Origin: a virus
DNA length: 64,000 bases
Direction: 5' to 3' (one strand)
Virus record (IMG/VR): IMGVR_UViG_3300042451_001197
Coordinates: 1 to 64,000 of that record
Shown: in pieces, positions 39,288-49,596 of the stretch
Numbering within the stretch: the stretch's first letter is position 1
Layout of the letters: each line of letters starts with the position of its first letter
Translations under genes and position numbers: made by a program
Notes under the pieces: model-generated
What the model was told of the DNA's origin: nothing
What the model saw: only the letters and a program-made list of their open reading frames with translations
Databases searched by the model: none

Positions 39288-39839
39288 ATGAAAAAAGTAA
39301 TTGAAAACATTGGACTTTGGTGGAAATTTGAGGGTAGATATTACCACAAAGATTTTGTCAATGGTATTAAAAATCTAATCAGATGGTTTCCAACTATTTG
39401 GAAAGATAGAGATTGGGACGACCATTTCATTTGGGAAATAATGATGAAGAAAATTACCTTTCAAGCCGATTACATTGGTAAAAGAGATTTTCATACTCGA
39501 GCTAAACGTGATGCTGAAATAATGATGACCTGTGTTAGGTTGATGGGTAAAGTTCGTGAAGAGTATTACCATATGGAATATATGGATTATCACGAGTCTA
39601 CATATGATTTTGTTGATTGTGATACACCAGGACATAAGGAATTGAAAATCACTGAAGTATCTGAAAACTTTGATGACTACTTCAAAAAATATCCAAGAAC
39701 TTATAAAAATATTTTGAGTGAAAATCCCAATGAGTCAAAAAGTAGAATTGCGTCATTAATTTCTATGGAAAATCATAGAAAAGCAAAAAGAGTACTGTTC
39801 AAATTAATGGAGAATAATATAGAGGCTTGGTGGGATTAA
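39288..39839 (+). CDS. Hypothetical phage protein (start revised to MKKVIE)
   Basis: TATCTTTG 4 nt upstream; WFPTIWKDRDWD...WWD. Confidence 0.65.
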   Translation: MKKVIENIGLWWKFEGRYYHKDFVNGIKNLIRWFPTIWKDRDWDDHFIWEIMMKKITFQADYIGKRDFHTRAKRDAEIMMTCVRLMGKVREEYYHMEYMDYHESTYDFVDCDTPGHKELKITEVSENFDDYFKKYPRTYKNILSENPNESKSRIASLISMENHRKAKRVLFKLMENNIEAWWD

Positions 39840-39875
39840 TTTGGTAAATTAAAATAAATTTTGTATCTTCGTACT

Positions 39876-40082
39876 ATGATAATAAACATAACAACCTTGG
39901 ATTTTTTTACAATTAAACGTACTGTAGAATTTATTAAATCTCAACCTGATTATGATAATCAAGGGGTTAGAAAATACGTTTTCGATAGAGCTAAAGAATT
40001 AGGTATTTCTATTAGGGAGTGTATTGATGACTTACAAATATCTGCAATTGATTTATATGTTGACAAAAATTTTGTAAATTAA
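39876..40082 (+). CDS. Hypothetical protein (start revised)
   Basis: Variant promoter TATCTTCG 4 nt upstream. Confidence 0.45.
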   Translation: MIINITTLDFFTIKRTVEFIKSQPDYDNQGVRKYVFDRAKELGISIRECIDDLQISAIDLYVDKNFVN

Positions 40083-40101
40083 AATAAATTACGTATCTTT
40101 G
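40071..40101 (+). promoter_or_regulatory. Bacteroidota-type promoter
   Basis: TTTG-N19-TATCTTTG, 4 nt before ATG 40106. Confidence 0.8.
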
Positions 40102-40105
40102 TATT

Positions 40106-40795
40106 ATGAAAATCACATTTATATCCGACACTCACAATAAACACAATCAGATAACCAAAGATTTACCAGGTGGTGATTTGTTGATTCATGCTGGTGATAT
40201 ATCTTCGATGGGATATAAACACGAAATTCAACAATTTTGTAAGTGGTTTAATGGTTTAGATAATTACACTAATAAAATCTTTATCGCTGGTAATCACGAT
40301 TGGGGATTTCAAGACAACCCAGAACAAACCAAAGAAATTTTAGATTTCTATAAGAATATTACTTACCTACAAGACCAAATCGATATGATTGGTGAAAATA
40401 CTGAAGATATGATTAAGGTATGGGGTAGTCCTTGGCAACCTGAATTTTATAATTGGGCTTTCAATCTACCTCGTAATGGTGAGGAACTAAAAGGTAAATG
40501 GGATTTGATTCCTAATGATATTGATATTCTAATAACACACGGACCTGCTTGGGGTTATGTTGATAAAATTTTTGGTAGTCAAACTCCGTTAGGTTGTGAA
40601 CTACTGACCACAAAAATAAAGGAAATAAAACCAAAAATTCACGTTTGCGGACATATCCATAGCGCTCGTAATGTAGTTTTTGATGGAAACACTCATTTTA
40701 TTAACGCATCTGTATTAAATGAGAGTTATTTTTACGATTACAAACCATTCACGGTAGAATGGAATCCAAAAACAAATGAAATTGAGTTCCTGTAA
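40106..40795 (+). CDS. Metallophosphoesterase (MPPED-like)
   Basis: SDTH, HAGD, AGNHD, THGP, GHIH. Confidence 0.88.
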   Translation: MKITFISDTHNKHNQITKDLPGGDLLIHAGDISSMGYKHEIQQFCKWFNGLDNYTNKIFIAGNHDWGFQDNPEQTKEILDFYKNITYLQDQIDMIGENTEDMIKVWGSPWQPEFYNWAFNLPRNGEELKGKWDLIPNDIDILITHGPAWGYVDKIFGSQTPLGCELLTTKIKEIKPKIHVCGHIHSARNVVFDGNTHFINASVLNESYFYDYKPFTVEWNPKTNEIEFL

Positions 40796-40797
40796 AG

Positions 40798-40824
40798 AAA
40801 AAACCCCTCAATAGAGGGGTTTTT
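40798..40824. terminator. Bidirectional intrinsic terminator
   Basis: AAAAAACCCCTC-AATA-GAGGGGTTTT between convergent genes. Confidence 0.8.
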
Positions 40825-40826
40825 TA

Positions 40827-41423
40827 TTAAGACAATAATTTATAATATTCTTTAAAGTGTTTTATCCTGTCGGCAAGACCTATATTACCACCATTAACTC
40901 TTTTTGTTACTTGAGTTACCACATCATCAGTTGCTCCTTTATCGCAAATCGTCCATAACTTATTACTATCAAAGAAAAAGGCTGCGGATGATAACGGATA
41001 TTTGGTTGCAACTAAATCAGGATTAGATGTACAATCTTCACCAATAAATTTTGTAAATTTTTCATAATTCACCTTTCCGGTTAATTGTATAAAACCTCTA
41101 CCTCTAAATTTAAAGCCTTCCTTAGTTGTTTCATCACCATTACCCATTCTACTACCATACACTCTTGATGCAATTTTTTCGGGGTTTCTTGCGTAAGATT
41201 CCGCTAAATTACCAGGAAAGTATTTTGGAAAAATTTTCATAAGACCATCTTTAGAGTAATTTAGATTCTCAGACACCGCCTTAAAATTTCCTGATTCGTG
41301 AGCACATTGCGATAAGAAGTGCGCTAATCTAAGATTAGAGTTTATATTAAATTTACTAATTGCATCGGGTAATTCCTTCATAACTGATTCAGGAATGTGA
41401 CCTCTTAATTTTTCAATATTCAT
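40827..41423 (-). CDS. Glycoside hydrolase family 19 endolysin
   Basis: AHFLSQCAHES, ENLNYS, FRGRGFIQLTGKVNY, TKRVNGG. Confidence 0.88.
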   Translation of the reverse strand: MNIEKLRGHIPESVMKELPDAISKFNINSNLRLAHFLSQCAHESGNFKAVSENLNYSKDGLMKIFPKYFPGNLAESYARNPEKIASRVYGSRMGNGDETTKEGFKFRGRGFIQLTGKVNYEKFTKFIGEDCTSNPDLVATKYPLSSAAFFFDSNKLWTICDKGATDDVVTQVTKRVNGGNIGLADRIKHFKEYYKLLS

Positions 41424-41424
41424 T

Positions 41425-41799
41425 TTATAAATTTTTTAAATATTCACTTAATAAATTAATATCCCAAGATATTTCGTTTAATATTTCTACCACATTACTA
41501 TCATCTCTATTGTAATAAAATTTTTCAGGGTCTTTAATTTCTTTAATTAAATTAAAGAAATAATCCTGTTGTTTAACAGGTATATAATTTTTTAAAGTGT
41601 TATATAGATTCTCGGTTAATATTATTAATAAAGTACCAATACTATAGGGGTATTCATTTTTTTGAATTTTCTCCGTAACCTCAATATACAATAGAGAAAT
41701 TATTCTAAACAAATTAGATATTCTCTCCTTTAATTCAGTATTTTGACTTAAAAGACCTGTAAATAATTCTTTTATAAAATTTATAATATCGGTCCACAT
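41425..41799 (-). CDS. Hypothetical protein
   Basis: ORF track. Confidence 0.5.
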   Translation of the reverse strand: MWTDIINFIKELFTGLLSQNTELKERISNLFRIISLLYIEVTEKIQKNEYPYSIGTLLIILTENLYNTLKNYIPVKQQDYFFNLIKEIKDPEKFYYNRDDSNVVEILNEISWDINLLSEYLKNL

Positions 41800-42768
41800 T
41801 TATTCTTCGTTTAATATATCAATAATAAAACCATCCTCATACGGTCTTTTTTGGTTATCTCCCTCATCCTTTGTATATTGAAATATGTCATCTAACATTT
41901 TTTGAATATTGTTTCTACCTATTTGAGATGTTAGAGCACTATCAAAGAAAATATCCTTATCAACATCAAAAGACCTTCTTCTTCTTTCATCTCCATACTT
42001 ATCAAGAACAAATTCTGCCAAATATTTAATTTTTTCTTCTTTACTTAAATTTTTATCAAATACAATTACACCATATTTAGTTATCGCACAACTTAAATCT
42101 GAAGATTGTATTAATTGTCTCCACATATTTTGAGCGGATTCAGATGCGTCAGATCCGGATTGTATAAATCCTTTATCATCCAACATTTTTCTATATACTT
42201 TAACACCTAAATTAAGACCTAAAAACGAGTAGGGTAACCCTCCAGGAAAATGGGTTCTATTTAATGTACCACTATCTAAATATAACTCAATGCCTGATAC
42301 TCCTTTAGGTAAATTCGAATAGTCTGACATATATCCATTTATGGCGACGTACATACTTTCAAGTTCATTACTAAATCTAAATGTTTTTAAAAAATGACCT
42401 TTATAGTGATAAATGTCTTGTATTTTATCATATAATTTATTAAATGCGGTACACATTGACATTATTTTTCTTGGAAAAATTACATAATAATGTCTATTGT
42501 ACTGGTATAATTTTAACTCCCTCCAATCAAGGTTTTTTATTGATTCTCTTATGTTATTGTACATTTCAGATAAAGATTCGACTAAACTATCAAACTTCAT
42601 CTGTTTTAGTTGAATCTTTTCACTTTCTTTTTTATTCTTCTCTTTAGCCTTCATTGATTTGACTAAATAATTTCCGGGTTGTCTGGACACTAGTTTGTTA
42701 ATCTTAATACCCATCTCCTTAACTTCGGATTCCTCTCTTAATATATTTTTAATAATATTATCAATCAT
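41800..42768 (-). CDS. Protein with ILREE leader and possible GNAT-like domain
   Basis: LGLNLGVKVYRKM...SESAQNMWRQL. Confidence 0.45.
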   Translation of the reverse strand: MIDNIIKNILREESEVKEMGIKINKLVSRQPGNYLVKSMKAKEKNKKESEKIQLKQMKFDSLVESLSEMYNNIRESIKNLDWRELKLYQYNRHYYVIFPRKIMSMCTAFNKLYDKIQDIYHYKGHFLKTFRFSNELESMYVAINGYMSDYSNLPKGVSGIELYLDSGTLNRTHFPGGLPYSFLGLNLGVKVYRKMLDDKGFIQSGSDASESAQNMWRQLIQSSDLSCAITKYGVIVFDKNLSKEEKIKYLAEFVLDKYGDERRRRSFDVDKDIFFDSALTSQIGRNNIQKMLDDIFQYTKDEGDNQKRPYEDGFIIDILNEE

Positions 42769-43172
42769 AACTTATAAATATCTGTCTTATAGACATTCTT
42801 CACCATTTTATATAAGTTATTTTGAGTATGTTGGGAATATTCCCTAACATATATCTCAAGCTTATCTACTATTATCGGTATAAAGTAATCAAAATACTGA
42901 TATAAACTATCCATATTTGAGGTATCAAAACAAGTATTAAATTTACCGTAAGAATCGATATCACCGAAAAAAGCGGTCGAATTTCCTGATGGATAATGAA
43001 ATATCATCGCGGGTTCTTTAAAAAAAATCTCATAGTTATTGTTAACTACTAAAGTATAATTTAATGGATGGTAGTGGAGTTCTAAAATTTGTTTAACTGA
43101 CTTTAATAATTTCTCATTATAAAAGTTATTATTTTGTGGTAAAACTTTTATATTGTTTGTCAGTTCAAACAT
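42765..43172 (-). CDS. Hypothetical protein
   Basis: ORF track. Confidence 0.5.
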   Translation of the reverse strand: MFELTNNIKVLPQNNNFYNEKLLKSVKQILELHYHPLNYTLVVNNNYEIFFKEPAMIFHYPSGNSTAFFGDIDSYGKFNTCFDTSNMDSLYQYFDYFIPIIVDKLEIYVREYSQHTQNNLYKMVKNVYKTDIYKL

Positions 43173-43178
43173 ATTTTT

Positions 43179-43514
43179 TTAAATTTTAATTAAAGTAACT
43201 CCATAAACTTCTAATTCCCACTCCGACCCATATTCTGTAAGACCTAAACCAAACATACTATCAAGAGAATTAAATAAATTCCTTCTAATATCATAAGGAA
43301 ATCTATTGTGTATATCTTCTAAATTACCATTAGATCTATTAAATGGGTCGACTACCACACAAATAACATTTCTTGTAATTGACTTGTCGTCTGATGCTAA
43401 ATATACACCTTGTTCTTTAAACGACACACTAATAACATTTAAGTCTGAAAATTCATTTAATATAAAATTTTCAATAATTTTCTCTAATTTAGATTCTGTT
43501 AAAAGGTATTTCAT
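43179..43514 (-). CDS. LTE-leader protein
   Basis: MKYLLTESKLEKII. Confidence 0.6.
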   Translation of the reverse strand: MKYLLTESKLEKIIENFILNEFSDLNVISVSFKEQGVYLASDDKSITRNVICVVVDPFNRSNGNLEDIHNRFPYDIRRNLFNSLDSMFGLGLTEYGSEWELEVYGVTLIKI

Positions 43515-44333
43515 TTAAGATAAATATTGTGAAATTCTGTTTTGGGCAAATTCCACATAACTTTCCTGTATTTCAAAACCTATAAAATTTCTCTTTATCT
43601 CTTTACAAGCGACCCCTGTTGTTCCAGCACCCATAAACGGGTCTAAAACCAAATCACCTTCCTTTGTAGATCCTTTAATGAAATATTTTACAAACTCTAC
43701 AGGATATACCGCCACGTGATTATCCACAATTTTTTTTGATTCTGAAGATATGTTAACAAGTGTTGTTGGTAATGCCCCTAACGGATTTGGTGCCCAATCT
43801 TTATATTCTTTTAAATCATCATCACCTTCATTTCTAGAATATCTTTTTTTGAGTGGTTTTTTCATTCTATTTATTGAAACTTCAGAATAAGGTGTTCTCA
43901 TAGAATCAATATCAAAATAAAATCCTTTTTGTTTTGCAAACCAAAATATATACTCAACCCTATCACCAAATCTACTTCTATTTGGTAGACCTTTCATTTT
44001 ATTCCAAAACAATCTCTCAAATAATTTAAGATTTGATTCTTTATGTAATCTTGAGATTAAATCGAATACATATGGATGTCTAAACCCATCTTCTACTTTA
44101 TCGTTAATGTTAAGAATGAAAGAGCCCGTTGGTTTTAAAACTCTACATATCTCAACACAATAAGGAATAAACCAATCAACATAATCATCTGCTAATATAC
44201 CTTTAAAATCGATATATGTTTTCATATCGGCATAAGGTGGTGATGTTATGACAAGATCAATAGAATTGTCAGGTAATTCTTTTAATAAATTTAATGAATC
44301 TCCTTGGTATATTTTATTTAAATCAAACTTCAT
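43515..44333 (-). CDS. Beta-class N4-cytosine/N6-adenine DNA methyltransferase (start revised to MKFDL)
   Basis: ITSPPY before HVAVYP and LDPFMGAGTTG. Confidence 0.9.
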   Translation of the reverse strand: MKFDLNKIYQGDSLNLLKELPDNSIDLVITSPPYADMKTYIDFKGILADDYVDWFIPYCVEICRVLKPTGSFILNINDKVEDGFRHPYVFDLISRLHKESNLKLFERLFWNKMKGLPNRSRFGDRVEYIFWFAKQKGFYFDIDSMRTPYSEVSINRMKKPLKKRYSRNEGDDDLKEYKDWAPNPLGALPTTLVNISSESKKIVDNHVAVYPVEFVKYFIKGSTKEGDLVLDPFMGAGTTGVACKEIKRNFIGFEIQESYVEFAQNRISQYLS

Positions 44334-44375
44334 TAGATAAAATATAACTAAGATATATTTAAATGTCAAAAGTTA

Positions 44376-44870
44376 TTATTCTTCTATAGAACCAACACTA
44401 ATTCTTATACCTATTTTGGTTCTAATCTCTTCATCAAAATACTCATTAATACAATCAACAACTTCACCTTCAACTTCCCAACCGTAATCCTCATTACTTA
44501 AAGCGTCATCTAGTGACATTTGGTCATCTCCCTGAATATTCACCATACCATTTTTAGTATCAACTTTACAATCAACCAAGAAATCATTTTCGTTATGAAC
44601 ACTTTTTATTTTTGTTGTAAAAGTAAAATCATATGAACTATGATTACTTGGTTTTATATGATGTTCTTTACTAAGAAATTCACGAACCTCTTTTATTGCT
44701 TTATCCTTTCCAATATATTCAAATAACATATATTCTATATCAGATTCACTAATACCATTTTTCGCAGTATCAAAAAAATTTTTAAAACTTCTATCATAAC
44801 CAGGTCCTGCGGTATCCCAATACTTAAAGAAAAGTTTTTTATAAAAAGGTTTAACTTTGTTCTCTTCCAT
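44376..44870 (-). CDS. Hypothetical protein
   Basis: ORF track. Confidence 0.55.
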   Translation of the reverse strand: MEENKVKPFYKKLFFKYWDTAGPGYDRSFKNFFDTAKNGISESDIEYMLFEYIGKDKAIKEVREFLSKEHHIKPSNHSSYDFTFTTKIKSVHNENDFLVDCKVDTKNGMVNIQGDDQMSLDDALSNEDYGWEVEGEVVDCINEYFDEEIRTKIGIRISVGSIEE

Positions 44871-44936
44871 AATTTATAAATATAAATAAATTAACTATTT
44901 ATTTATATTTATAAATAAATTAACTATTTATTACAT

Positions 44937-45290
44937 ATGAAATACTTAATATCAGAAAATAAATTGGACAATCTAATATATGATTATGTTGTTGATATGT
45001 TTATGAACAATGAAGAGGGTGAGTTAAATTTTACTTACGATTATGATGAAGATGGTAATGAGACTGACGACGCAATTCAATTTTATTTTAGTGATTATGG
45101 TGAAGACTATGAAGCGTTTCGTTGGTATTCGGAAGAATATTTTGATGATGGTTGTGAAAGGTGTCCCATTGTAGAGTTAAGTCGTGAATTAAAGGATAAT
45201 TTGGATTCAATGTTTTCCGATAAATGGGAAAGTCAGTTTAAAAAATGGATGAATAATGAATTTAACATTTACGTTAAAACTATTCAGTAA
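44937..45290 (+). CDS. ISE-leader member of the expanded paralog family
   Basis: MKYLISENKLDNLIYDY...SMFS...FKKW. Confidence 0.65.
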   Translation: MKYLISENKLDNLIYDYVVDMFMNNEEGELNFTYDYDEDGNETDDAIQFYFSDYGEDYEAFRWYSEEYFDDGCERCPIVELSRELKDNLDSMFSDKWESQFKKWMNNEFNIYVKTIQ

Positions 45291-45292
45291 AA

Positions 45293-45610
45293 TTATCTTC
45301 TTTTAAAATACAATGAAGGTTCATAACCCGTAAGTTTATAATATTCTCTAGGGTCATATAATTTGGCGGAACAAAATTGTTGTTCAAGAGCGTTAAGATA
45401 ATCGTCAATATAATAATTTATTGCGTCCTGAACCGTCTCGTCTTCAGATTCACTTAAATAATCTTCAATATCTTCATCGGTAATTAAAAATTCTTCAACC
45501 TTTTCTACAGGATTTTTACGATTAGGACATTTAATTACAGCAATAAATTTATGACCAGATAATTCTTCCATTATTAATTTATGTTGTGATTCAGTTATTA
45601 TTATTTTCAT
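45293..45610 (-). CDS. ITE-leader protein
   Basis: MKIIITESQ. Confidence 0.6.
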   Translation of the reverse strand: MKIIITESQHKLIMEELSGHKFIAVIKCPNRKNPVEKVEEFLITDEDIEDYLSESEDETVQDAINYYIDDYLNALEQQFCSAKLYDPREYYKLTGYEPSLYFKRR

Positions 45611-45611
45611 A

Positions 45612-45971
45612 CTATTTCAAATTCATAAGCTTAACACCAACCGTATTCCCAAAAGACCTTGTATCTACGCCAATATTGGATAACATATCTTTAATTTCAT
45701 TTGATAATATGCTATGATGGAATCCATCAAGTTTCTTTTTTATTTTATATTCATCATTATAGTTAAATGTTCGAGGTAAAGGAATGTCAGTATAAACCTC
45801 AACAATCCAATTATAATATTCATCGTCATTAGCGTGTCTTGATTTTATTTCAAACTCATAATCAAAATCTATGTCGGTTACTTTTTTAAGATAAGAATTA
45901 ATTACGTTATTAATTGTTTTTCCAAATACAACGTCAAATGACTTATTTCCAAAATACGAATGTAATCCCAT
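45612..45971 (-). CDS. Hypothetical protein
   Basis: TATTTAT upstream. Confidence 0.55.
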   Translation of the reverse strand: MGLHSYFGNKSFDVVFGKTINNVINSYLKKVTDIDFDYEFEIKSRHANDDEYYNWIVEVYTDIPLPRTFNYNDEYKIKKKLDGFHHSILSNEIKDMLSNIGVDTRSFGNTVGVKLMNLK

Positions 45972-45983
45972 AACAATAAATAT

Positions 45984-46307
45984 TTACACGGCTTTAATAA
46001 AATCGATATCAATCTCGAATTTATATTCTACAAATTTTTTAAAAATTGGAATCCAATGTTCGCTAAATAAACCATTCATAGTATCAATAAAATTGGTATC
46101 ATAAATCTCAAGTACGTTATCACCTGAATTATTATAATCTCTCGAATAATAAAAAACATCGGTATAATCACCACTTGTATCTATAACAAATAAATTATCT
46201 TCAAATTCCTCATCCTCCTCGGTATAAAGTTCATCCCAGTTATAATACTCCTCAATATATTTTAAAATAGAATCGTTTAATCTGTTTTCGGTTATAATGT
46301 ACTTCAT
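45984..46307 (-). CDS. ITE-leader member of the paralog family (start revised)
   Basis: MKYIITENRLNDSILKYIE; TATTTAT upstream. Confidence 0.65.
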   Translation of the reverse strand: MKYIITENRLNDSILKYIEEYYNWDELYTEEDEEFEDNLFVIDTSGDYTDVFYYSRDYNNSGDNVLEIYDTNFIDTMNGLFSEHWIPIFKKFVEYKFEIDIDFIKAV

Positions 46308-46320
46308 AATAATAAATATT

Positions 46321-47826
46321 TTAGATTCCGGCAATTTTATCATAAACTACCGAGCCAATGTATTCCATTTGGTCTTTGAAATTGTCGGAACTACAACCTC
46401 CTTCAAAAATTTCATAATATAACCTTTCATACAAAGTATTAATAACATTATATTTGTCTACTTTTTTTCCTGTGAAATGTCTAATTTCGTTATTTATTAA
46501 ATCTTTATTAAAAAAATTATTATTAACTTCATTAAAAAAACATTTTTTAAATCCTTCAATCATTTCTTTTTGTTTTTTTCCAAGTTCGTCTTCAAGTGTT
46601 TTTATATGTTCATTAAATTTTTCGTCATAATCATCTTCATCACCATCCAAAAGTTGTTGAATGCTATAAGTAATTTCACGCATCATATCAGATTCCGCCA
46701 TATTATAAAAATCCTTAGAAATTTTATCAATATTTTCCACAAAAACTTTTTTAATTCCTTCGGTTACCTCATTAAGAAAGTCGTCATTAAAAATACCAAT
46801 TCTTTCAGGACTATCGGCGTATAGTTTTTCATTTAAACAATAAAACCCTTCTTTACCAACACCATTAATTTCACTTAAAATATTATCAACCGTTTGTTTA
46901 AATTCAGGTCTTCCTTGACCATACATTTGTTCATCAGATACCAAAATAAAATCATTTTTATTTTGTTCATTAATATATGGTTTAATGTTTAAAACTGAAA
47001 TGGGGTTTTTAATGTCCTTATCATTTTTATTAATTAAATATGAAACCAATGAACCTTCCTTAACATCTTCAATAATGTATTTAACGTTTTGACCTCTTTC
47101 TTTTCTACTTTCAATCTCTCTTTCTAATTTATCGATTTTTTTTGATACGGCCGCGGCATCGTCAAATTTTTTCTTCATTCCATCAAAATCAATATCTTCA
47201 CCACGACTTAATTTTTCATAATTTTGTTTTCTTAAAATATCTTCGGTATCTGGATTATTTTTAATTAAATCCTCATATTCTTTTTTTAACTTTTGAACTC
47301 TCTGTGATGATTCGTGACCCATTGTCATACAATTTGTCCAATTTCTATCTGTGTCCGAACCAGCAATATCATAAGGGTGTCTTGAAATAACAACCAATAA
47401 ACCTCCAGAGTCAGATGTTAAAGCTTTCCTTGATTCATCCGAAACAAATTTTTTCATTAAGTTATCGGCTTTCATTCTTGTTAAAGCTTTACCAATTGTT
47501 GTCGTATTTTTTGATTCACCAAATTTTACAATACCCTTAATATAATCCAATACCTGATATCCATTTTGTTTTAAAAAATCCTCAACCTCTTTTTGTATTG
47601 GTGATACAGGACCTTCTTTTTTTCCTTCAACCAAAGGAATATAAATTCTATAATAATTTTTATCGTGGTCGTATTTATCTCCCAAGGTTTTAAATATCTC
47701 AGAATATCTTTCTCTATTAAATTCTTTAACGTAAGGTCTATATTGTGATGGGGTTAATGCCTCATCAATATTATATAACGATAAAATATGTTTTTTTTCT
47801 TCTTCTGTAATTAGAAATTTTCCCAT
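46321..47826 (-). CDS. Large ITE-leader hypothetical protein
   Basis: MGKFLITEEEK; ISRHPYDIAG...WTNCM. Confidence 0.7.
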   Translation of the reverse strand: MGKFLITEEEKKHILSLYNIDEALTPSQYRPYVKEFNRERYSEIFKTLGDKYDHDKNYYRIYIPLVEGKKEGPVSPIQKEVEDFLKQNGYQVLDYIKGIVKFGESKNTTTIGKALTRMKADNLMKKFVSDESRKALTSDSGGLLVVISRHPYDIAGSDTDRNWTNCMTMGHESSQRVQKLKKEYEDLIKNNPDTEDILRKQNYEKLSRGEDIDFDGMKKKFDDAAAVSKKIDKLEREIESRKERGQNVKYIIEDVKEGSLVSYLINKNDKDIKNPISVLNIKPYINEQNKNDFILVSDEQMYGQGRPEFKQTVDNILSEINGVGKEGFYCLNEKLYADSPERIGIFNDDFLNEVTEGIKKVFVENIDKISKDFYNMAESDMMREITYSIQQLLDGDEDDYDEKFNEHIKTLEDELGKKQKEMIEGFKKCFFNEVNNNFFNKDLINNEIRHFTGKKVDKYNVINTLYERLYYEIFEGGCSSDNFKDQMEYIGSVVYDKIAGI

Positions 47827-47849
47827 AATAATAAATATAATAAAAAATA

Positions 47850-47880
47850 AAAAACCCCACCTGTATATGAAGGTGGGGAC
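47850..47880 (-). terminator. Terminator family CCCCACCT...GTGGGG (copies near 47850, 48765, 49270)
   Basis: Related hairpins with U tract on the minus strand. Confidence 0.7.
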
Positions 47881-47900
47881 ATATTAAATTATTTTTTTAT

Positions 47901-48362
47901 TTAAACATCATTAAAACTTGATAATATACTATTTGTAATTTTAAGAGCCTGAGATTCATTTCCTGATATATCTAATTGTCCTCTTTTACCATATTTGTCT
48001 TTATAAAAGAAAAATATCCCACTTTGTGTTTTAGTAAATCTAATGGAGGCAAATTCATCAGGAGTACCATTTACAAATACTGACCATTGTAATGGTTTAT
48101 TATAATCCCAACATCTTGTATCTCTAGTAACATCACCAACTTCCTTTACATTAACTTTTATTGACGACGCATAAAATTCGTTATTTGGATTTGGTTTCCA
48201 ATGAGGAAATTTATTAGATATATTACCGCAATCAAAACCCTTTAAAAAATTGGATAATGATTTTACTGAAGATGGTAAAGTGGAAGATTGTTCTTCATTT
48301 ATAACTCTTTTAATGAGTTTTACTAAATCAGATTCAGTTAATCTTATAACTCTTTTTTTCAT
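47901..48362 (-). CDS. IRLTESDL-leader protein
   Basis: MKKRVIRLTESDLVKLIKRVINEEQ. Confidence 0.7.
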   Translation of the reverse strand: MKKRVIRLTESDLVKLIKRVINEEQSSTLPSSVKSLSNFLKGFDCGNISNKFPHWKPNPNNEFYASSIKVNVKEVGDVTRDTRCWDYNKPLQWSVFVNGTPDEFASIRFTKTQSGIFFFYKDKYGKRGQLDISGNESQALKITNSILSSFNDV

Positions 48363-48462
48363 AATATTATTTTTATATATAAATATATCGTAATCTCAAA
48401 AAAAAAGGGGGCGGGGGGATTGAGATCGAACGAAGTGAGTTCGGTCGGTTCGGGGTTACGAA

Positions 48463-48741
48463 TTAACATCGTCTATCAAAATACAACTCAGTTATCTCAA
48501 CATAAAACATATCTTGCAGTTCCTTCATTGTTCCCTTATAATCAAATCCTTCAATGTCATAAAAATGGGGATGAAGGTCATCCATCATATAATATAAAAA
48601 TCTTCTTTCATAGTCATTAAAAGAATTAAATTTACAACGGTTAACATATTTGGCCGATTCCTTAAAAGCCTCCTCAACCAAATCATACCTTCTCAATAAC
48701 CACATTCGATTACTTTGTGATTCTGTTATAATGAATTTCAT
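48463..48741 (-). CDS. ITE-leader protein
   Basis: MKFIITESQ. Confidence 0.65.
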   Translation of the reverse strand: MKFIITESQSNRMWLLRRYDLVEEAFKESAKYVNRCKFNSFNDYERRFLYYMMDDLHPHFYDIEGFDYKGTMKELQDMFYVEITELYFDRRC

Positions 48742-48813
48742 ATAGATAAATATATTAACAAATAAAAAACCCCACCTATATAAGATGGGGGGATTTAATT
48801 AATATCTAATTTA

Positions 48814-49236
48814 TTATTTTTGGTATTCAGTTGCCGAAAATACGGAAAAAAATTCAGTTAAATCGTCTTTAACTTTTTGAGCGTTATCAAATGATATTGG
48901 TATACTTGTTAAACTATTAAAGTTATATCCTCTATTTTTCCACCATATTTTAATTTCAGGTGTTTTAATTTGAGCTTCTATTGAAATCTCAGGTTTAACA
49001 TTATTAATTGATACCGAATATAAATAATTTGGTGATGTAAACCAATTTAACGCTTGAGCATTTTTCTGTTCTGGATAATTATATTTAAAGTCACGTAATG
49101 TTGGTTTTGGTTTTACGGTCATCATAACTTTAACAAAATTTTCCCATAAAAGATTGTTATCTGTAGATTGTTCTTTAATCACCCTTTTAACCAGTTTTAT
49201 CAAATCGGACTCAGTTAATCTTATAGTTTTTTTCAT
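48814..49236 (-). CDS. IRLTESDL-leader protein
   Basis: MKKTIRLTESDLIKLVKRVIKEQ; body unrelated to 47901. Confidence 0.7.
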   Translation of the reverse strand: MKKTIRLTESDLIKLVKRVIKEQSTDNNLLWENFVKVMMTVKPKPTLRDFKYNYPEQKNAQALNWFTSPNYLYSVSINNVKPEISIEAQIKTPEIKIWWKNRGYNFNSLTSIPISFDNAQKVKDDLTEFFSVFSATEYQK

Positions 49237-49317
49237 AATAATATTTTTATATATAAATATATTAAAAAATAAAAAACCCCACCTGTATAAGAGAGTGGGG
49301 ATTTAATAATAAATACA

Positions 49318-49596
49318 TTATTGATTATCCCTATATATGTTTCTAATATACTCTTGAAAATGGTCATCAATAAAAGACATTAAATCATCCCTATCAATCT
49401 CATTCCAATGTAATCCTTCCTTATCTCCCAAAAATACATTCTTATAAACCAAATCTTTAATATCATTATAGAATTCATCCTCATCGTAATACATATCAGG
49501 ATTACTTGATAAATTATCAATTAGTTTTTTAATCTGACCATATCTTCTTTTATATATAAGGTCATTAAATTGTCTTTCGTTAATAATAATTTTCAT
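49318..49596 (-). CDS. INE-leader protein
   Basis: MKIIINERQ. Confidence 0.65.
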   Translation of the reverse strand: MKIIINERQFNDLIYKRRYGQIKKLIDNLSSNPDMYYDEDEFYNDIKDLVYKNVFLGDKEGLHWNEIDRDDLMSFIDDHFQEYIRNIYRDNQ

